This document shows, piece by piece, positions 10,001 through 16,176 of a DNA stretch of 27,501 bases. Within the stretch, counting starts at the first letter, position 1, and every line of letters begins with the position of its first letter. The stretch comes from Candidatus Eiseniibacteriota bacterium (GTDB lineage: Bacteria > Eisenbacteria > RBG-16-71-46). Made by a program: the position numbers and the translations under genes. Under the pieces are notes generated by a model. That model made no database searches and was not told the origin of the DNA. It was given only the letters and a program-made list of their open reading frames with translations. The stretch lies in assembly GCA_044222065.1 (NCBI GenBank), contig JBGAOA010000056.1:1-27501 (forward strand), written 5' to 3'.

Positions 10001-10866
10001 AGCTTGTCGGTGTCGCGATTGTTGTTCGGCGACTGGTCGCCGCCGCCACTCACCGTGCCGGTCGTGAGGATGTCCGGGTACGCCTCGGGACCGACGAGCA
10101 GGTGAAGCGCGAAGAACAGATCGTCGCCGGGCGCGAGCGGGCCCGGGTGCGTGGCGCGCACCACGTTTCCCTGAACCTCGATCGTCCAGCCGAACGGCTC
10201 GGCGCGCTCGAAGCTGAGGCCGGCCGGCAGGGTGTCCACGACCGTGATCGAACCGGAGGTCGGGACCGGACCGAGGTTCGTGACGTTGAACCAGTACTTG
10301 GCCGTGTCTCCGACGCACGGCTCGTTCTCGTGGACGAGGTCGATGGTCAGGTCGGGCGACCGGCCGCCGTCGTCGAAGCAGACCGTGTCGGTGGCGCGGT
10401 TGTTGGGGAGGTTGCGGTCGCCGCCTCCCGAGACGGTGGCGGTGTTGGTCAGACAGGGGCCGCACTTGCCGACGTCGGCGAGGACCGTCAGGGTCAGGAC
10501 GGACTTGTCACCGGGAGCGAACGGCACCTCCCGTGTGGCCGTGACGACCGGACCGTCCGCCTTGAACGTCCAGTCCTTGCCCTCCGCCGAGATGAACGTG
10601 AGGCCGGCGGGCAGTGTGTCTCGAACCGTGACGGTGCCGGACGTCGACTGATTGCCGGCGTTCCGAACGACGAGCTCGTACTGGGAGGGAGAAGCGAGCG
10701 TGAACGGATCGAGGTGACGCTTCGAAATCGCGAGGTCCGGCTTGTCGTGGAGGACCTCGTCGGTCGCACCGCTCGCCGATGCACTCGACCGCCCGGTCTC
10801 CCGGATGGCAGACGACGCGGCAGCACTCGAGCCGGCGAGCCAGAGGCTCCCGGCGAGTGACAGCAC
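1090..10866 (-). CDS. Giant surface protein/adhesin: 14 DUF11 repeats, SdrD-B-like domain, outer-membrane beta-barrel, helical domain, OmpA peptidoglycan-binding domain
   Basis: 3258-aa ORF. Repeats PDLxIDKRH...YTIVVTNVG...ITVRDTLPAGL. SdrD-B-like GKVFLDCDCDSNGVQDAEELGIPGVRLFLEDG (~5406-5100). Amphipathic beta-strands ~4680-2255 ending YARLGFKF. OmpA NVHFKFD...VGHTDSRG...YNQGL...NRRVEI (1542-1231). True start probably upstream (CTG 10938). Confidence 0.93.
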   Translation of the reverse strand: MLSLAGSLWLAGSSAAASSAIRETGRSSASASGATDEVLHDKPDLAISKRHLDPFTLASPSQYELVVRNAGNQSTSGTVTVRDTLPAGLTFISAEGKDWTFKADGPVVTATREVPFAPGDKSVLTLTVLADVGKCGPCLTNTATVSGGGDRNLPNNRATDTVCFDDGGRSPDLTIDLVHENEPCVGDTAKYWFNVTNLGPVPTSGSITVVDTLPAGLSFERAEPFGWTIEVQGNVVRATHPGPLAPGDDLFFALHLLVGPEAYPDILTTGTVSGGGDQSPNNNRDTDKLPVCSSTDLTIDKRHTEDFAIGRNGTFTIVVRNEGSFPSSGAITVRDTLPAGLGFVSGAGAGWSIAAAGPIVTATHPGPLAPGDSIAFTLTVSVGAAAAPEVENSATVSGGGDRNPKNNRDTDRVPVVSGAPDLGIQIRHDGPTCVGDTARYVVRVTNVGSAASAGTITVLDTLPAGLAFVDATGDGWTFEFANGVLRATHAGPLAAGGALEYAFRVVVLPAAYPAATVPAALTNPGDANPANDRATDTQSFCAGPDLAVRIRHLNEPCVGDTARFRVVVTNVGDRTAPPPVLVNLSDLPPSVLGLPSGAGWTFETIRRRLVAARYGTALAPGDSAAFEYSAFADSTWYPQLVTNVSIVYGADADTSNNHDRDVLPVCARPDLAIALDHTNPNCADDVIEYRVRVSNVGIVPTSGTITVRDTMPAGLTFGSAEGAGWTFDFSNGVLVATHPGPLAPGGELTFRYTARVEPDAPAVILNAATVSGGGERNTANNRDTDSIPRCTGPDLTIDKRHTQNFTVGQNGTYTIVVANVGTAATTGAITVRDTLPAGLSFVSGAGAGWTIGANGAVVTATHAGPLAIGDSLSFSLIVGVSAAAIPSVTNAATVNTPGDNNPTNDRDTDPTPVSPAQTSPDLTIDKRHTQNFTVGQNGTYTIVVTNVGTAATTSAITVRDTLPSGLTFVSASGTGWTIGSNGALVTATHAGPLAIGDSLSFSLTVGVSAAAIPSVTNAATVSTPGDNNPGNDRDTDPTPVSPAQTSPDLTIDKRHTQNFTVGQNGTYTIVVTNVGTAATTGAITVRDTLPAGLSFVSGTGAGWTIGANGAVVTATHAGPLAIGDSLSFSLTVGVSAAAVPGVTNAATVNTPGDNNPTNDRDTDPTPVSPAQTAPDLGIDKSHEGSFIVGQNGTYTIVVTNVGTAATTGAITVRDTLPAGLTFVSGSGTGWTIGSVGAVVTATHPGPLAVSASLDFKLVVAVGPEAVPSVTNAATVQTPGDGNPRNDRDTDPTPVLPQGSAPDLAIDKRHVQDFVVGRNGTYTIVVRNVGTAPTTGAITVRDTLPSTLAYLTSSGDGWTIAPSGLVVIATHPGPLAVGDSLRFTVTCTVSELAVPGVVNAATVNTPGDNNPTNDRDVDPTPVAPRGAAPDLAIDKRHTVSFAVGQQRAYTIVVRNVGTNSTTGTITVLDTLPNGLTFVNGSGAGWTLGANGAVVTATHPGPLAVGDSLKFAISVSIGPAAAPSVTNAATVRTPGDDNPTNDRDVDPTPVSGAPILDLAIDKSHAEPFPLLGFGTYRIAIRNVGETTTTGDIVVTDVIPVEFQYQSATGAGWSFVRNGRTLTATHPGPLAPGDSLVFSLSVRVLLGSDASVVNTATVHTPGDDNPANDTDSDPTEFAFTGPLVIEKQASPTTVEIGDVVNYTITVHNQGSLPVRNVVVRDRLPAGVRYVAGSATLDGRTIGDPGRTADGTLEFAIGRIEARTARTLRYRATVGAGVSRNGPLVNIAIAEAPRDTTTTPVTPGRTSNTATAAVRVTRGPFADEGLIAGKVFLDCDCDSNGVQDAEELGIPGVRLFLEDGSSAVTDAEGKYSFERVRPRLHVLRVDPTTLPPGAVLRPIENRHALDGESRFVDLRRGELHRADFSPFGCDAGLLAAVKDRRRAGEVSGPFVEGVSPVTAAAPAAPDEGGFGLAPSETPVVADGESVLPVALRVPGDAASRVVTLETTIGTWTVPDEDPVTPGTQFTASGGEQTIGLRAPHVPAAGRIRATLGERERTLPVRFVPSLRSWFLAGVLEGRYDGRSLDDAELWCGERDAFEDPLRDGSDASDDGKTTVGGRGALFAKGPVGRDALLTLRYDSERDPDRRRFRDMSPLEGYDVFGDASVHEYDAQSTSRLYARLDRGRSYALYGDFVTPGTEARQLGAFTRTLNGGLAHGEARGLGLTGWVTDARDRQRVDEFPGRGVSGPYALSQANGLSGTEVVEILTRDRNQPSRILRRETKTRFADYTLDPFTGQIVFRQPVPSLDSDLNPVSIRVIYEVESTLESHAVYGGELAFAPDPRAQFGVGVARDDDPLTPFSLGSAHATLKPLAGVTLGAEGAYADSGSASFGGTNRSNAWRADARLERGGVFGRVYGQRVDGGFQNASSGFLPGRDEFGADARVAFGPAALFARALRTEDRTSGGRRDGLEGGVARRFAGWNGELAVRHAEETTTPATTASAGTTPNDFTSLRGRLARDLPLPRPASVFGELERSLDDADVTSWTLGADAHVAPRTRLYVRHEDIDAFDGPFALNGAQERKTTLVGIASDELRDGHVFTEYRSRDAFAGRETQAAMGLRNRWQPARGVRVDGSLEHVFTMGGLSPAVTAVTTGFEATRDPRTKLTARVEFRESEGNEQWLLGGGLARKLDRDWTLLGRSQVFLEDDQQRVQARSHLGLAWRQTDRNRWDALARYEHAYDRDEVLSPETKRSAHVLSTDLNWHPARAWTFGGKAAAKWREDRGSDAITRTDAQLFAARAIVDLSSRFDAGVTARGLYSDHFDVAQTGLGGELGAILLKNLRLGVGYNVFGFRDEDLALGDCTDRGPYARLGFKFDETLFGAKRTAGAAPRPLPVREALESAARANAPATAAPLTPLARRVTDEAIATDLANLDAWQRRLDALATRADDPWRVTAARRWLDIARIEYTDDDDSGFAAAAFDSGRAQVLALESGAPKATRETVPSARPMPGAPRVREDLWNRLESLKRDPGFECAAEEIARLETELAYAGNEETDQGECEAGPHALEAERLARDAAEKEAACARKPAVPPIPPVAPVTPVAPEAPEDLPAPGELGPGNVHFKFDDCDLTAEAQVLLDKLVSLMRRYPNLKIQLVGHTDSRGTDAYNQGLAECRLCAVASYLDAQGVAGSRVQRLARGESELLTRDRSRYAHARNRRVEIVVTDSRGRPIAGDPEERDLQVEPAGPRSGAPRPAAPFFPEWRVTECSR
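5430..10740 (-). repeat. Intragenic tandem array of 14 DUF11 repeats (~125 aa each)
   Basis: Repeat starts near 10740, 10356, 9984, 9609, 9237, 8862, 8490, 8109, 7728, 7347, 6966, 6585, 6207, 5832. Exact 381-bp period from 8490 to 6585. Confidence 0.9.
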
Positions 10867-11077
10867 GAACGCGATGGCAAGGGCGAGAAACGAGACGCGC
10901 GAACGCGCCTGCGCGAAGCAGTGCGAGATGGGGGACAGAGAGAAACAATCCTCATCGCCGGATGGAAGAGATTCCTGAAGGAATCACCTCAACATCAGGC
11001 GGGCGTGGACCTTGGCCGTGGCTGCCCGGTCCCTGGTCAGCCGAATCGAGGACTGCTACTCCGCTTCGCTGAGAAAG

Positions 11078-11107
11078 ACTGTAGCCGTTTTCTCTCGCGA
11101 GGAGCAA
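11078..11107 (-). promoter_or_regulatory. Putative sigma70 promoter for the giant adhesin gene
   Basis: Minus strand TTGCTC-N18-TACAGT in a less GC-rich intergenic stretch. The -35 lies inside the palindrome GAGCAAGTTGCTC. Confidence 0.35.
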
Positions 11108-11352
11108 GTTGCTCGTTCTCCGACTCGGAGCTTCCCATCGGGGCGGGGAGCGGCGGTCTTCGAGTCGGCCCCTCGAGACGTTCGTTCGCGGATCGGAGGG
11201 CGCTCCCGGCTCGGCACCGGTCCGGGGCAAATGGCTCCGGACAACCGCCTCGAATCACTCGGAGCTTGAGGGGCCGTGAGCCCGGACGTAGCCTCGGGTC
11301 AGCCGACGAGCCACCGATCGCGCTCGCTCCCGCGTAAGAGGAGGCGAGGCTC

Positions 11353-11538
11353 ATGAGGTTCGAACTGTCTCGCGCGGAAGCGGACCTGCTCCGCGACGTG
11401 CTCGAGGCGGCGGCCCGGGAGCGCCAGCACCAGATCCACCACGCGGACTCCCGGCCGTTCCGGCAGCGACTCGAGGCCGAGGCGGCGATCATCGAGGCGA
11501 TCCGCTTCAAACTCGAACGCGAGATCACGGTGGCCTGA
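11353..11538 (+). CDS. Small hypothetical helical protein (61 aa)
   Basis: GAGGAGG SD upstream; protein-like composition MRFELSRAEADLLRDVLEAAARERQHQIHHADSRPFRQRLEAE...; codons end mostly in G/C. Confidence 0.7.
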   Translation: MRFELSRAEADLLRDVLEAAARERQHQIHHADSRPFRQRLEAEAAIIEAIRFKLEREITVA

Positions 11539-11665
11539 TCCGGACGCGACGGGCTGACACCGGAGGCGGCGGCTGACAATTGCGGCGCCCCGACCCGAGG
11601 GGATCGAGCGGAGTCGCGCGTCGAGTCCGGCACCCGGCCTGACCGGCACCGAGGACGCAACTGCA

Positions 11666-11691
11666 CGCCGGGACGGCGGATCGTCCCGGCG
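11666..11691. other. Perfect 10-bp GC hairpin, possible terminator or stabiliser
   Basis: CGCCGGGACG-GCGGAT-CGTCCCGGCG in the intergenic region; no U-tract on either strand. Confidence 0.3.
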
Positions 11692-12011
11692 GGAGAGAGG
11701 TCGAGACGGGGAAGTCGCGCGCGCTCGATCCGACCCCGAGTCGCTGGCACGAGGGATGCCCTTCCCGCGGGATTCTCCGACGTCTTCGGACCGCGAAGCG
11801 AGGCGACCGCCCGTTCCGGACACGGCTCGGCGACCTCGCTCATCGCCACCGCTCGCACGCCCGTCCGCGCCCGAGTTCCCCGCGCGACCGGCCGTCGCGT
11901 GACCGTTTCGACCCCGCGGTGGGCGGCGCCCGGTTCCCAGGGCGATCCGGACTGCCGCGCGGGCCGGGTCCGACTCTCGTCCAGCGAGAGCGAAGCGAGG
12001 AGAACCGAAGC

Positions 12012-13154
12012 ATGTCTCGATACAGGATTGCGTGGCTTCCGGGCGATGGCATCGGCGTCGAGGTGATGGACGCCGCCCGGCTGGTGCTCGATCGCGTCGG
12101 CTTCGACGCCGAATACGTCCACGGCGACATCGGGTGGGAGTTCTGGTGCCGGGAAGGGGACGCGTTCCCGAAGCGCACCGTGGACCTGCTCTGCGGCGTG
12201 AACGCCGCGATGTTCGGCGCGATCACCTCCAAGCCGGTGAAGGAGGCGGAACGCGAGCTCGCGCCCTCACTCCAGGGCAAGGGGCTCGTCTACCGCTCGC
12301 CGATCGTCCGCATGCGCCAGCTGTTCGACCTCTACGTGTGTCTGCGTCCGTGCCGGGCGTTCGAGAACAACCCGATCAACTACAAGGCCGGCATCGACCT
12401 CGTCGTGTTCCGCGAGAACACCGAGGACCTGTACGCCGGCGTCGAGTTCAACCCCGCGCCGGCGAAGCTGCGCGCGACGCTCGGCGAGCTGGCGCCGCCG
12501 TTCAAGGCGTTCGCGAACGTGCCCGACGACGAACTGGCCGTCTCCTGCAAGATCAACACGAAGCGCGGTTCGGAGCGGATCGTCCGCGCCGCGTTCGAGT
12601 TCGCGCGCGCGAACGGCCGCCGGAAGGTCACGGTCGTGCACAAGGCGAACGTCGTGCGTGCGACCGACGGACTGTTCCTCGACGCGGCGCGGCGGATCGG
12701 GAAGGAGTACCCCGAGATCGCGATGGACGACGCGAACATCGACGCGATCACGATGTGGCTGCTCAAGAACCCGCACAGTTACGACGTGCTCGTCGCCCCG
12801 AACCTGTACGGCGACATCATCAGCGACCTGTGCGCGCAGATGGTCGGCGGCCTCGGCTTCGGCTGCTCGGGGAACATCGGCGAGAAGCTCGCCGTGTTCG
12901 AGCCGACGCACGGCTCGGCGCCGAAGTACGCGGGGCAGCGCAAGGTGAACCCGATCGCGACGATCCTCGCGGCGAAGATGATGCTCGAGTGGCTCGGCGA
13001 GAAGGACCGGGCCGCGGCGATCGAGCGCGCGGTCGCGGACGTGATCCGCGAGGGCCGCGTGCGCACCTACGACATGGGCGGCAGCGCCACGACGACCGAA
13101 ATGGCCGAGGCGATCGCCGCGAAGCTCGGCGCGAACGTGCCGGTCGCGCACTGA
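12012..13154 (+). CDS. Isocitrate/isopropylmalate (beta-decarboxylating) dehydrogenase family protein
   Basis: IAWLPGDGIGVEV, DLVVFRENTEDLY, VHKANV, NLYGDIISDL, FEPTHGSAPKYAG, NPIATIL. GAGGAG SD before ATG 12012. Confidence 0.93.
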   Translation: MSRYRIAWLPGDGIGVEVMDAARLVLDRVGFDAEYVHGDIGWEFWCREGDAFPKRTVDLLCGVNAAMFGAITSKPVKEAERELAPSLQGKGLVYRSPIVRMRQLFDLYVCLRPCRAFENNPINYKAGIDLVVFRENTEDLYAGVEFNPAPAKLRATLGELAPPFKAFANVPDDELAVSCKINTKRGSERIVRAAFEFARANGRRKVTVVHKANVVRATDGLFLDAARRIGKEYPEIAMDDANIDAITMWLLKNPHSYDVLVAPNLYGDIISDLCAQMVGGLGFGCSGNIGEKLAVFEPTHGSAPKYAGQRKVNPIATILAAKMMLEWLGEKDRAAAIERAVADVIREGRVRTYDMGGSATTTEMAEAIAAKLGANVPVAH

Positions 13155-13167
13155 GGGGAGGAACGAC

Positions 13168-14100
13168 GTGAAGACTTCGACGGTGCTGAGGAAGGCGATC
13201 TTCGAGCGCCGCGCGGTCGTCGTCGTGGGATGCCACGACGCGTTCAGCGCGCGCGTGATCGAGCAGGCCGGCTTCGAGGCGATCCAGATCTCGGGATTCG
13301 GCCTCGCGGCCTCGCTGCTCGGCAAGCCCGACGTCGGGCTCGTGCAGATGAAGGACGTCCTCGACATGACGTGGAACATCGTCCAGTCCGTGCGCATCCC
13401 CGTGATGGCCGACGTGGACACGGGCGGCGGGAACGCCGTGAACGCCGGGTGGATCACCGAGCGGCTGATCGCGATGGGCGTCGCCGGCATGAACATCGAG
13501 GACCAGGTGTTCCCGAAGCGCTGCGGCCACATGGAGGGCAAGGAGGTCATCCCCGCCGAGGAGATGGCGGGCAAGGTGCGCGCGTGCGCCGAAGCGCGCG
13601 AGCGGCTGGACCCCGAGTTCATCGTCAACGCCCGCACGGACGCGTGCGCGCCGCACGGGCTCGACGAGGCGATCCGGCGCTGCAACCTGTACCTCGAGGC
13701 CGGCGCCGACCTCGCGTTCATCGACGGCATCCGCACGCGCGCCGACATCCAGCGCGCCGTGAAGGAAGTGAGGGGGCCGCTGTCGGTGAACCTCATGGAC
13801 GCCGTGTCGGGCGTGAAGACCGAGCTCGTTCCGATTCCGGAGCTCGCGAAGATGGGCGTCGGGCGCGTCTCGATCCCGGTCGCCTCGATCATGGTCGCGC
13901 ACCGCGCGCTCAAGGACTTCTTCGACGCCCTGAAGGCGTCCCCGACGGGCACGCTCGCCGGCCAGACGAAGTGGATCACGTCGTTCCCGGAGTTCACCGA
14001 GGCGGTCGGACTCGGCGAGTACAAGGCGCTCGAGAACCGCTACCTGCCGAAGGAGCGCATCGAGCAGAAGTACCACGCCCCGCTGAAGGTCGAAGTGTGA
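13168..14100 (+). CDS. Isocitrate lyase/PEP mutase superfamily C-C lyase (methylisocitrate or 2,3-dimethylmalate lyase-like)
   Basis: DAFSAR, GKPDVG, ADVDTGGG, IEDQVFPKRCGH, NARTDA, YLEAGAD. GTG start with GGGAGG SD. Confidence 0.92.
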   Translation: MKTSTVLRKAIFERRAVVVVGCHDAFSARVIEQAGFEAIQISGFGLAASLLGKPDVGLVQMKDVLDMTWNIVQSVRIPVMADVDTGGGNAVNAGWITERLIAMGVAGMNIEDQVFPKRCGHMEGKEVIPAEEMAGKVRACAEARERLDPEFIVNARTDACAPHGLDEAIRRCNLYLEAGADLAFIDGIRTRADIQRAVKEVRGPLSVNLMDAVSGVKTELVPIPELAKMGVGRVSIPVASIMVAHRALKDFFDALKASPTGTLAGQTKWITSFPEFTEAVGLGEYKALENRYLPKERIEQKYHAPLKVEV

Positions 14101-14128
14101 GCCGCGTCGCGAGGGGAGGGGAGTCGTC

Positions 14129-15415
14129 ATGGGCATGACGTACGTTCAGAAGCTGCTCGCGCGCGCCTGCGGACAGTCGCCGGTGCGCGTCGGGGACGTG
14201 CTCGAGCCGCCGGTGGATCTCGCGATGTCGCACGAGAACGCGGCGCTCGTCCTGAATCAGTTCGCCGAGATCTTCGCGGGCACGGGGCGCGAGCCGAAGG
14301 TGTGGGATCCGGACCGGATCGCGATCGTCTTCGACCATCGCGTTCCGGCCGAGTGCGCGAAGACGGCGACGAACCAGAAGAAGGTGCGCGAGTTCGTCGC
14401 GAAGCAGGGCATCCGCAAGTTCCACGACGTCCGCGGCGACGTCGGCGGCATCTGCCACCAGGTGCTGCCCGAGTACGGCTACGTGCGTCCGGGGCAGGTC
14501 GTCGTCGGTACGGACAGCCACACGACGACGCACGGGGCGCTCGGCGCGTTCGCGTTCGGCATCGGCGCGACCGAGATGGCTTCGGTGTGGACGCTCGGCA
14601 AGGCGCTCAACATCGAGGTGCCGGAGACGATCCGCGTGAACCTGAACGGCGCGCTGCCGTCGTGCGTGTTCCCGAAGGACGTCATCCTGCACGTCATCGG
14701 CCTGCTCACGGCCGAGGGCGCGAACTACCGCGTGCTCGAATTCCACGGCGAGGGCATCCGTTCGATGTCCACGTCGGGGCGGCTCGTGCTCTGCAACATG
14801 GCGGTCGAAGCCGGCGCCACCGCCGGCGTCGTCCCGCCCGACGCCGAAACCGCGCGCTACCTGCACGAGGTCGCGGGCGTGCGCGGCGACTTCGAGTTCT
14901 TCGGGCCCGATCCGGACGCCGCCTACGTGCGCACGCTCGACGTGGACGCCGCCGCGCTCGAGCCGCAGGTCGCCTGCCCGCACACGGTGGACAACGTGCG
15001 TTCGGTGCGCGACGTGGTGGGGCGCCCGGTGCAGCAGATCGTGGTCGGGTCGTGCACGAACGGCCGCTACGACGACCTCGCGGTCGCGGCGCGCATCCTC
15101 AAGGGCAAGCGCGTCGCCGACGGCACGCGGCTCCTCGTGTTCCCCGCGTCGTGGAAGGTCTATTCGCAGGCACTGCGTCTCGGCGTGCTGCAGGACCTCG
15201 TGGACGCCGGCGCCGTCGTGTGCAACCCCGGGTGCGGGCCGTGTCTCGGCGTGCATCAGGGCGCGCTCGCGGACGGCGAGACGGCGCTCGCGACCACGAA
15301 CCGGAACTTCAAGGGCCGGATGGGCAATCCGAAGGCGGACGTCTACCTGTGTTCGCCGGCCGTCGCGGCGGCGAGCGCGCTCGCGGGTGCGATCGCCGAT
15401 CCGAGGGGGGTGTGA
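14129..15415 (+). CDS. LeuC/HacA-like dehydratase large subunit (aconitase family)
   Basis: FDHRVP, GICHQ, GTDSHT, CNMAVEAGA. Fe-S ligands in GSCTNGR and CGPCLG. TTNRNFKGRMG and SPAVAAASA also present. Confidence 0.93.
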   Translation: MGMTYVQKLLARACGQSPVRVGDVLEPPVDLAMSHENAALVLNQFAEIFAGTGREPKVWDPDRIAIVFDHRVPAECAKTATNQKKVREFVAKQGIRKFHDVRGDVGGICHQVLPEYGYVRPGQVVVGTDSHTTTHGALGAFAFGIGATEMASVWTLGKALNIEVPETIRVNLNGALPSCVFPKDVILHVIGLLTAEGANYRVLEFHGEGIRSMSTSGRLVLCNMAVEAGATAGVVPPDAETARYLHEVAGVRGDFEFFGPDPDAAYVRTLDVDAAALEPQVACPHTVDNVRSVRDVVGRPVQQIVVGSCTNGRYDDLAVAARILKGKRVADGTRLLVFPASWKVYSQALRLGVLQDLVDAGAVVCNPGCGPCLGVHQGALADGETALATTNRNFKGRMGNPKADVYLCSPAVAAASALAGAIADPRGV

Positions 15416-15417
15416 CG

Positions 15418-15921
15418 ATGCTGCGCGGAAAAGTGGTGCAGGTGCTCGGCGACGACGTGTCCACGGACATCATCTATCCGGGGCGCTACATGGCCACGGT
15501 GCTGCCGACCGAAACGCCGCAGTACGCGTTCGCGGATCACACCGAACTGAATCACGCGCTCGTCGCCGGCGAGGTGCCGGGCGGGAGCGTGATCGTCGCG
15601 GGCGGGAACTTCGGCTGCGGTTCGTCGCGCGAGCAGGCGGCTTCGTGCCTCAAGGGGCACGGGCTCACGATCGTGGCGAAGGGCTTCGCCCGGATCTTCC
15701 TTCAGAACGCGATCAACCTGGGGCTGTCGCTCGTGATCTGCCCGTCGCTCGAAGCGAATCTCGACGACGTGCTCGAAGTCGAGGGCGGCGTGCTGCACAA
15801 CCGCACGACGAACCGTTCGTTCCCGATCGTCGCCCTGCCGAAGGCGAGGCAGGCGATCCTCGATGCGGGTGGTCTCATCGCCTACACGCGGAGGCGGCTC
15901 GTCGAGCAGTCGGCCGTCTGA
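15418..15921 (+). CDS. LeuD/HacB-like dehydratase small subunit
   Basis: C-terminal part of ORF 14302..15921: GDDVSTDIIYPGRY, GGNFGCGSSREQA, FARIFLQNAINLGL, ILDAGGLI. ATG 2 nt after the large-subunit stop. Confidence 0.92.
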   Translation: MLRGKVVQVLGDDVSTDIIYPGRYMATVLPTETPQYAFADHTELNHALVAGEVPGGSVIVAGGNFGCGSSREQAASCLKGHGLTIVAKGFARIFLQNAINLGLSLVICPSLEANLDDVLEVEGGVLHNRTTNRSFPIVALPKARQAILDAGGLIAYTRRRLVEQSAV

Positions 15922-16176
15922 CGGGGCGGCGCGAGCGAGCGAGGTTGGGCCGGCGTGGGCGTCCCGGGCGCCCGCGCCGGAACATTTTGCGTCCACCGGC
16001 GGCTCGAGCAGCGCGAATTTCGGGTGGCGTGTATCACGAGGCCTAACGGCAACACCTGAGAGAGTGCCGCCGACCCTCTTCCACGGCTCGGGGGGGCGCG
16101 GTGATCGTCCGGTTCGGCGGGGCGTCGCGAGCGAGCTGGTCGTACGGGAGCGCCACAGGCAGGAGGGAGCAGGTCG

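Noticed and set aside
5430..10740. CRISPR array or non-coding repeat
   Set aside because: Repeats are ~380 bp, in frame and protein-coding; no spacers or cas genes.
883..10860. Very long plus-strand ORFs 883..7863 and 7900..10860
   Set aside because: Antisense shadows of the adhesin gene; Arg/Gly/Val-rich with no motifs, expected at high GC.
10940..11075. Riboswitch (e.g. c-di-GMP) in the adhesin leader
   Set aside because: Only a small hairpin (GATTCC-TTCA-GGAATC) was seen; no consensus I could match.
13168..14100. PEP mutase / phosphonate biosynthesis cluster (with LeuCD, dehydrogenase and aminotransferase nearby)
   Set aside because: The motif is EDQVFPKRCGH (lyase type), not the PEP mutase EDKxxxxxNS.
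16030..16075. SAM-I riboswitch-like fragments (ATCACGAG...CGGCAAC...GTGCC)
   Set aside because: Only about 6 nt where P2 should be, no clear P1 or P4, and the downstream gene is unrelated to sulfur metabolism. An Rfam scan would settle it.
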